From NCBI GenBank assembly GCA_964616985.1, contig CAZTVF010000010.1, positions 649-64,648 of the forward strand: a stretch of 64,000 nucleotides of DNA. The letters are read 5' to 3'. Positions 59,155 through 64,000 of this stretch are shown here, piece by piece. Within the stretch, counting starts at the first letter, position 1. The number at the start of each line of letters is the position of its first letter. The translations under genes and the position numbers were made by a program. Source of the DNA: an uncultured Planctomycetaceae bacterium (GTDB lineage: Bacteria; Planctomycetota; Phycisphaerae; SM23-33). The notes beneath the pieces were generated by a model. That model saw nothing but the letters and a program-made list of their open reading frames with translations. It searched no databases and was not told the DNA's origin.

Positions 59155-60123
59155 CTACTTCGTCGCCAGCGCCTTGTTCAGCGCCGCCAGTTGCGCGAGG
59201 TCTTCCTCCAGGATCAGTCCTCGCTTGTCCTGGCGGATCCACCAGCTCATCACGCCGTCGTGGCTGATGATGAGCTTCGTGTAGCCGATGATCAGTTCGT
59301 CGGGATACTTCACCTTCACGCGGAAACCCAGGTCGCTCAGCACGTGTGTCTGGGCCGACTTGTCCACCCAGCGGTTCAGCGGCGACCACTGGTCGTGGTT
59401 GTTCTCGTACACGTGGACCGGCAGGCCGGGCCCGGCCTCGCCCGTGGTGAAATCCTCCACCGGCGTGGCCGTCCGCAGCGGCAGCACCGCGCCGGGGTTG
59501 AACGACACAATCGAGTCAGGGTTGCCGGACTTGAGCGCCGCAGCGAAGCTGGCCCAGTTGGGCGCGTCGGCGTGTTCGTACATATCCTTGGGAAAGTAGC
59601 ACCCGTCGATCCACCAGCCGTGACAGGAACGGCCCCACCGCTGCGACCACTCGCGGCAGATCGCCTCCCAGTGGATCTGAAACTCGGCCAACCGCTTGCC
59701 CGTCGTGGGCCCCCAGAAGCCGCCCGGCCAGGGCTGGGTGAAGCCCCACTCCCACTGGAGTTTCTCGCGTGCGACCGGGTCCTCCGTGGGCGCCCCCGAC
59801 GGCAGGTACGCCATCAGGCGGATGCCGTGCGGTTCGAAGGCCCTGGCGAGGTCGACCATCAGGTCGCGCCGCGAGCACTTGCTGGGCGAGATCCCCGTAA
59901 GGCGGTCATACGTGTCGTTGGGTGCGCAGTAGTGGCCGCTGTTCTGGCCGACCGACATGAAGAAGTATTTCGCCCCCACGCCCGCCAGCTGCGCGGCCAG
60001 GCCTTCGGCGTCGAAGCCGTCGACCTGCTCGTTCCACGCCTCCGCCGTCATCTTGTGCGACGTGAACCACTGCGAGAATGCCCCCCACTTCGCTTGGTGA
60101 AACCAATCGGTCTGCGGCCTCAT
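59155..60123 (-). CDS. GH29-like (alpha-L-fucosidase superfamily) TIM-barrel protein, divergent
   Basis: WFHQAKWGAFSQW and FDAEGLAAQLAGVGAKYFFMSVGQNSGHYC parallel the GH29 WF.dAKFGiFiHWG / AGAKYvvlTtKHHDGF layout. 322 aa; assignment tentative. Confidence 0.5.
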   Translation of the reverse strand: MRPQTDWFHQAKWGAFSQWFTSHKMTAEAWNEQVDGFDAEGLAAQLAGVGAKYFFMSVGQNSGHYCAPNDTYDRLTGISPSKCSRRDLMVDLARAFEPHGIRLMAYLPSGAPTEDPVAREKLQWEWGFTQPWPGGFWGPTTGKRLAEFQIHWEAICREWSQRWGRSCHGWWIDGCYFPKDMYEHADAPNWASFAAALKSGNPDSIVSFNPGAVLPLRTATPVEDFTTGEAGPGLPVHVYENNHDQWSPLNRWVDKSAQTHVLSDLGFRVKVKYPDELIIGYTKLIISHDGVMSWWIRQDKRGLILEEDLAQLAALNKALATK

Positions 60124-60198
60124 CGCGATACTCCTTGAAAGCGGGGGATGCTATCGCGACGAGGCCGACAAATTCAACGACAATCTCACGTCAGGAGG

Positions 60199-60828
60199 TC
60201 ATTTGACCTGCAGGTCCTCCACGCGGGCATCGTCGAGGACGAGCGCAACCCGGCTGCCGGGCTTCACGACGCCGCCGGAGTTGTCGAACTGCAGCAAGTA
60301 CATCCGGACCGACCCGGAGCGGTTCTGAGGGCGAGCGATCGCAAAGCGCGCCGATGCCGGAGGCTTGAGGACCTTGCCGGTCGCGGCATCCTCCAGGCTC
60401 CGTTCGACGCCAGGCCCCAGGACACACCGGGCCTTCTCGGGATCGTAGACTTCCACGCGAACCTGCACCACGACCCCCGCCACCTGCACCTCGGCCACCT
60501 GCCATCCGGCCTCCAGCTTCGCCGCCAATTCCGGCGGCACCGGGGGATCGGCGGCCGGGACCGCGACGGACTCCTCCGGCTGCGACGCCGGGGTTTCCGC
60601 CGGCCCGGTAGCGGCCTTGTCGGCCGGGCCCGTCGTTGTCCGCGTCGCGGCGGTCCGGCGAGGCAGCGGCGACGCCTTGCGGACGATCGTGCGAACCGGC
60701 GATGGCGAGCCCTGAACCGTGCTGTTGGCGTCCTGCACGCGGGCCTTCGGTTTACTGCAGGCCGGCATCAAGATCATTGCCGCGGCCATTGCGATCAGTG
60801 TCATCCATTTTGTTGGCTGCGTCTTCAT
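60199..60828 (-). CDS. Lipoprotein, hypothetical, Pro/Ala/Thr-rich linker
   Basis: MKTQPTKWMTLIAMAAAMILMPAC-S lipobox. If the start is at 60828 it overlaps the FKBP gene by 77 nt. Confidence 0.55.
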   Translation of the reverse strand: MKTQPTKWMTLIAMAAAMILMPACSKPKARVQDANSTVQGSPSPVRTIVRKASPLPRRTAATRTTTGPADKAATGPAETPASQPEESVAVPAADPPVPPELAAKLEAGWQVAEVQVAGVVVQVRVEVYDPEKARCVLGPGVERSLEDAATGKVLKPPASARFAIARPQNRSGSVRMYLLQFDNSGGVVKPGSRVALVLDDARVEDLQVK

Positions 60829-61606
60829 TCTTCTGTGTCTCCTCGGACGAGTCCTTGGGCTTGATGCTGAAAAGCTCGATCTCGTAGATCAGCGCGGCAT
60901 GGGGACCGATATAGTGCCCGCATCCCTGCATTCCGTACGCCAGCTGATACGGCACGAACAATTGCCACTTCGACCCGACCGGCATGCGCTTCAGCGCCTC
61001 GCGCCAGCCCGGGATCACGTCCTTCATTTCCAGCGTCACCGGCTGCTTCATCGGGTAGGTGTTGTCGAACTCTTTCCCGTCGAGCAACGAGCCGCGGTAG
61101 TGCACTTCGACGCTGTCAGACTCGACGGGAATCTTCCCGTTGCCCTGGCGCATGACCTTGTACTGCAGCCCGTTGGGCAGGCTGATCACGCCTTCCTTGC
61201 TTTTGTTGGCGGCGAGGAACTCTTCTCCTTCCTTCTTGTTGTCCATCGCGACCATTCGCGTGCGCTGGGCCTTGCCGCGAAGCATCTCGCTGGTGAACGT
61301 CGTCAGATTGTCCCGAAGCTGGCCCTCCCCCAGCAGCAGCGCGTTGGCGTCACGCACGGCGTCGCGGATGCCCAGGATGACGAGGTTTGCCTCCAGCTCG
61401 ATGCCGCTGCGCCGGGCGCCGCGAATCATCTCGACTCCGGCAGCATAGCTTTGCGAGTCGCGCCGGGTCCTGAACAGTTCGGCCGCCGTGGCGGGCCGGG
61501 TGGCCGAGTTGGAATCCGCATTGGCATCCGCGATTGTCTTGGGAGAGCAGCCTGCAACGCATCCGGCAAGGGCGACTACAAGGGTTGCCAGGAGTCTGAA
61601 ATTCAT
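60752..61606 (-). CDS. FKBP-type peptidyl-prolyl cis-trans isomerase lipoprotein (FkpA/Mip-like)
   Basis: Lipobox LAGCVAGC, then an N-terminal dimerisation-helix region, then an FKBP domain (VEVHYRGSLLDGKEFDNTYPMKQPVTLEMKDVIPGWREAL...GPHAALIYEIELFSIK). Confidence 0.85.
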   Translation of the reverse strand: MNFRLLATLVVALAGCVAGCSPKTIADANADSNSATRPATAAELFRTRRDSQSYAAGVEMIRGARRSGIELEANLVILGIRDAVRDANALLLGEGQLRDNLTTFTSEMLRGKAQRTRMVAMDNKKEGEEFLAANKSKEGVISLPNGLQYKVMRQGNGKIPVESDSVEVHYRGSLLDGKEFDNTYPMKQPVTLEMKDVIPGWREALKRMPVGSKWQLFVPYQLAYGMQGCGHYIGPHAALIYEIELFSIKPKDSSEETQKNEDAANKMDDTDRNGRGNDLDAGLQ

Positions 61607-61710
61607 TTCGATCCACCTTTCCTATTGCTGATCAGGGTTTTTGCGGCAAGCCATAAATCCGGGGGGAGGGATTTCTCCCTCCCCCCGAATGATAGGCACG
61701 CTTTCTCAAT

Positions 61711-64000
61711 TTACGGAGCGGTCCGCACGTTCAGTGCAGGCACCGGAATGTAGGCGCTCGTGCCGCCTGCATTCGTCTCGGCCACGCGGAACCAGTAGTT
61801 GGTGTTCGGAGTCATACCGGTCCGGGTGTACGTGGTCGTGCCGGCTGGCAGCGTCACCGTGGTCCATGGGCCGTTGACGCCCAGGCTGGTGACCTGCAAT
61901 AGGACGTTGCTGGCGTTGGTGGCCAGGTTCTGCCACGTCACCGTCACGGTGTTCCTGCCGATGACGCCCGAGACGGCCAGGTTCGCGGCCGTGCCGTTAG
62001 GCGGCGGGCCGGTCGGCGTGGTGACGGTCAGCGTGTTGCTGTTGCCCGACTGGCCGCCGTTCTTCCAGGCATAGATGCGATAGTAGTACGTGGTGCGTCC
62101 GGCGACCGTCGTGTCGGGATACGTTGTCGCATTGGCCGGTGCAAACATCAGCTTCAGGTTGGTCGTGAAGTTGGTGTTCGTCGCCCGCTGGATGACGAAG
62201 CCCTGCTCGTTCGGCGTGCGATCCGTCCACCGCAATGCGACGGACAGCGGATTGACGCCCGTGGAGAGCGTGGCCGCCAGGCCGCTGGGGGCCGTGTTGT
62301 TCGCCCACGGCGGGAAAGCCATGATCAACGGACGCATCATGTCGTTCTCTTCGTGGCCCAGCAGGTGGCAGTGCCACACGTATTCCCACCCGTAGTCCGT
62401 CATGACGTTGGAGACCTGCGCGGCCACCGCGACGCCAGGCGGCGGCGGGATGGGCGAGAAGCTCATCGTCGAGCCGGCCATGGTCGAAGGATCCAACAGG
62501 CGTTTGCTGTTGGGCAGCGGCCAAGGCATGGTGGGCGTGGACGGCCGCACTGCCATGATGATGTCTTCCAGCGGGTTGGCGCGGATACTTTCCTTCCAGC
62601 CCAGTTCGTTCTCATCGGGCGGCTTCATCACGCTGGTGATGTCTACGCGATTGATCACCTGCACGTTGACGTGGTGGAAGTGAATCACGTGCGTGTCCAC
62701 ACCGATGTGCGAGAGGCGCCACAACTGTATGAACCCGTCGGTGATGTAGTCCGACGGCGGGTCGATGTAGTTGGACATGCCCGGGAACACCGGGGCCGGG
62801 ACCGTCGGCAGCAAAGGCGTGGGCGTGGTGCCCAGGAGGGCGTTCATGCGGCCATACCACGGTTCCATGCCTTCGACGATGTTCTTGATGCGGATGGGTT
62901 CGGCGCCGACGAGAAGGGCATCGGCCACCGCGCCCATGCCACCGCCACCGGTCAGGAAGACCAGAGGGGCCTGCTTGTAGCCCGCGCCGGGGCTGGTGAC
63001 ATTGATCGAGCCGACCGAGCCCAATGTCGTCATCGCCGTAGCCGTGGCGCCCGTGCCGCCGCCACCCGTAATGGTGACCAGAGGCGGCAGCAGGTAGTTG
63101 GAGCCCGGGGTTATCATGGTGATGGCGGTCACCTTGCCGCCGGAGATCGTGGCCATGGCCGTGGCGCCCGTGCCGCCACCGCCGGCTGCGGGCGTGAAGG
63201 TGACTGTCGGCTTGGTCGTATAGCCCGTGCCGCCCGTTGCCACCGTGACGCCAGTGACACCGTTGAGGGTCGCCGTTGCACGAGCGCCCGTGCCGCCGCC
63301 GCCCATGAACACGACGGTCGGGGGCGTCATGTAACCAACACCCGGCAGGGCAGTGACGACCTTCGCCACACCCTGCGTCTTACCCGTCAGGTTCAGCGAT
63401 TCATCCATGAGCCGGGCGTACGTATTGGCCGCTGTCACGGTGCCGAAAGCGGCATCATACTCCGGTTGCGGAACCACCGGCGGCGGCTGAACCGCACCGT
63501 AGGCGACCGGCAGGGCCGCCTGCAGGCGAGCGAGGTCGAACGGCACGGCCGGGGCATTGGGGTCGATGCGGACCTGCATGACCGTGCGAGTGTTGGGACC
63601 GAAGCCGGCCGGGATGGTCGGCGCGCCGCCGATGGCGGTCTGGTCGGGGCAGCCCGTGTAGAGGTCGTAGCGAGGGTCGAACAGGGGCACGGGGGCCGGC
63701 GCGTCATTGTAGAGGATCAGCGTCGAGCCCGGCGGGCAGGACGAGAAGTCCACGATCACGTCGGCACGCTCTGCCGGGGCCAGGAACAGCGCCTTGCTGG
63801 TCACCGAGCCGAACGTGGCGCTGCGACGATCATAGTCGAAGTCCACGGGCTGCGGTGCGACAATGGCCACCCGAGGCAGGAAGCCACCTTCGTTGCCGAT
63901 CTGGTACCAGGACGGGCCGGCGGTGTTGGCGTCGGGCACGCCGCCATCGCGGCCGTCACGCGGCCAGTCGGGATGAACATTATCGGGGGCCGCGGCGACC
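61711..64000 (-). CDS. Multicopper oxidase (partial, N-terminus beyond the window) with an inserted Gly-rich tandem repeat and two C-terminal fibronectin-III-like domains
   Basis: Cu-site motifs HFHHVN and WHCHLLGHEENDMM. Four ~40-aa repeats (GGGGTGAxAxA...G.GY...P.V.F). The C-terminus has FN3-like TAPSGLAATLSTGVNPLSVALRWTD... The frame stays open to the window edge. Confidence 0.8.
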   Translation of the reverse strand, partial: VAAAPDNVHPDWPRDGRDGGVPDANTAGPSWYQIGNEGGFLPRVAIVAPQPVDFDYDRRSATFGSVTSKALFLAPAERADVIVDFSSCPPGSTLILYNDAPAPVPLFDPRYDLYTGCPDQTAIGGAPTIPAGFGPNTRTVMQVRIDPNAPAVPFDLARLQAALPVAYGAVQPPPVVPQPEYDAAFGTVTAANTYARLMDESLNLTGKTQGVAKVVTALPGVGYMTPPTVVFMGGGGTGARATATLNGVTGVTVATGGTGYTTKPTVTFTPAAGGGGTGATAMATISGGKVTAITMITPGSNYLLPPLVTITGGGGTGATATAMTTLGSVGSINVTSPGAGYKQAPLVFLTGGGGMGAVADALLVGAEPIRIKNIVEGMEPWYGRMNALLGTTPTPLLPTVPAPVFPGMSNYIDPPSDYITDGFIQLWRLSHIGVDTHVIHFHHVNVQVINRVDITSVMKPPDENELGWKESIRANPLEDIIMAVRPSTPTMPWPLPNSKRLLDPSTMAGSTMSFSPIPPPPGVAVAAQVSNVMTDYGWEYVWHCHLLGHEENDMMRPLIMAFPPWANNTAPSGLAATLSTGVNPLSVALRWTDRTPNEQGFVIQRATNTNFTTNLKLMFAPANATTYPDTTVAGRTTYYYRIYAWKNGGQSGNSNTLTVTTPTGPPPNGTAANLAVSGVIGRNTVTVTWQNLATNASNVLLQVTSLGVNGPWTTVTLPAGTTTYTRTGMTPNTNYWFRVAETNAGGTSAYIPVPALNVRTAP

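Noticed and set aside
1-64000. Mobile genetic elements, prophage or integrative island
   Set aside because: No transposase, integrase, recombinase, phage structural gene or tRNA-adjacent integration signature was seen. Only short REP-like repeats are present.

Overview
This is a high-GC bacterial chromosomal segment, roughly two-thirds G+C by eye, with no internal contig break visible. It is densely coding on both strands, mostly as short operons with ATGA start/stop overlaps. The gene content suggests a PVC-group-like organism (Planctomycetota/Verrucomicrobiota style): many secreted Kelch, DUF362 and beta-helix proteins, GH2 and GH29 enzymes, and unusual membrane loci. That taxonomic placement is inference only.

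Confident housekeeping genes are pcm, bioA, bioD, purF, ald, rpsA, a YggS-type PLP protein, a P1B-type metal ATPase, an MFS transporter and a tRNA-Ser(GCU) with a clear sigma70-like promoter and terminator. At the 5' end sits a MoxR(partial)-DUF58-DUF95-RDD operon. I found no transposase, integrase, CRISPR array or rRNA.

The regions most worth a second look are:
- an uninterrupted minus-strand block (30844..42245) encoding three SPFH/band-7 proteins, an ABC ATPase with an atypical permease, a 641-aa unknown membrane-anchored protein and an MFS, with a divergent ABC-2-like permease (42367..44004). This is my best candidate for an undescribed membrane system.
- a glycan-degradation operon (19181..27400) combining a GH2 beta-mannosidase and a GH29 fucosidase with a beta-helix protein, a URO-D/MtaA-like protein and a TIM-barrel isomerase. 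An in-frame TGA interrupts the fucosidase C-terminal domain.
- a dispersed REP-like palindromic element family (core GGTGGCGGCC-TTCCCA-GGCCGCCACC) in at least eight intergenic sites, plus a second palindromic REP cluster at 8706..9005.
- an AT-rich nested inverted-repeat island at 14060..14225.
- a multicopper oxidase (partial) carrying four 40-aa Gly-rich tandem repeats and C-terminal FN3 domains.
- a native His6 N-terminus on an SPFH protein, and a tiny Gly/Tyr-rich secreted protein.

Many long ORFs in the six-frame track are antisense or alternate-frame GC artefacts and were rejected. Two ORF-track boundaries disagreed with my own position count by 1 nt; I kept the track values.
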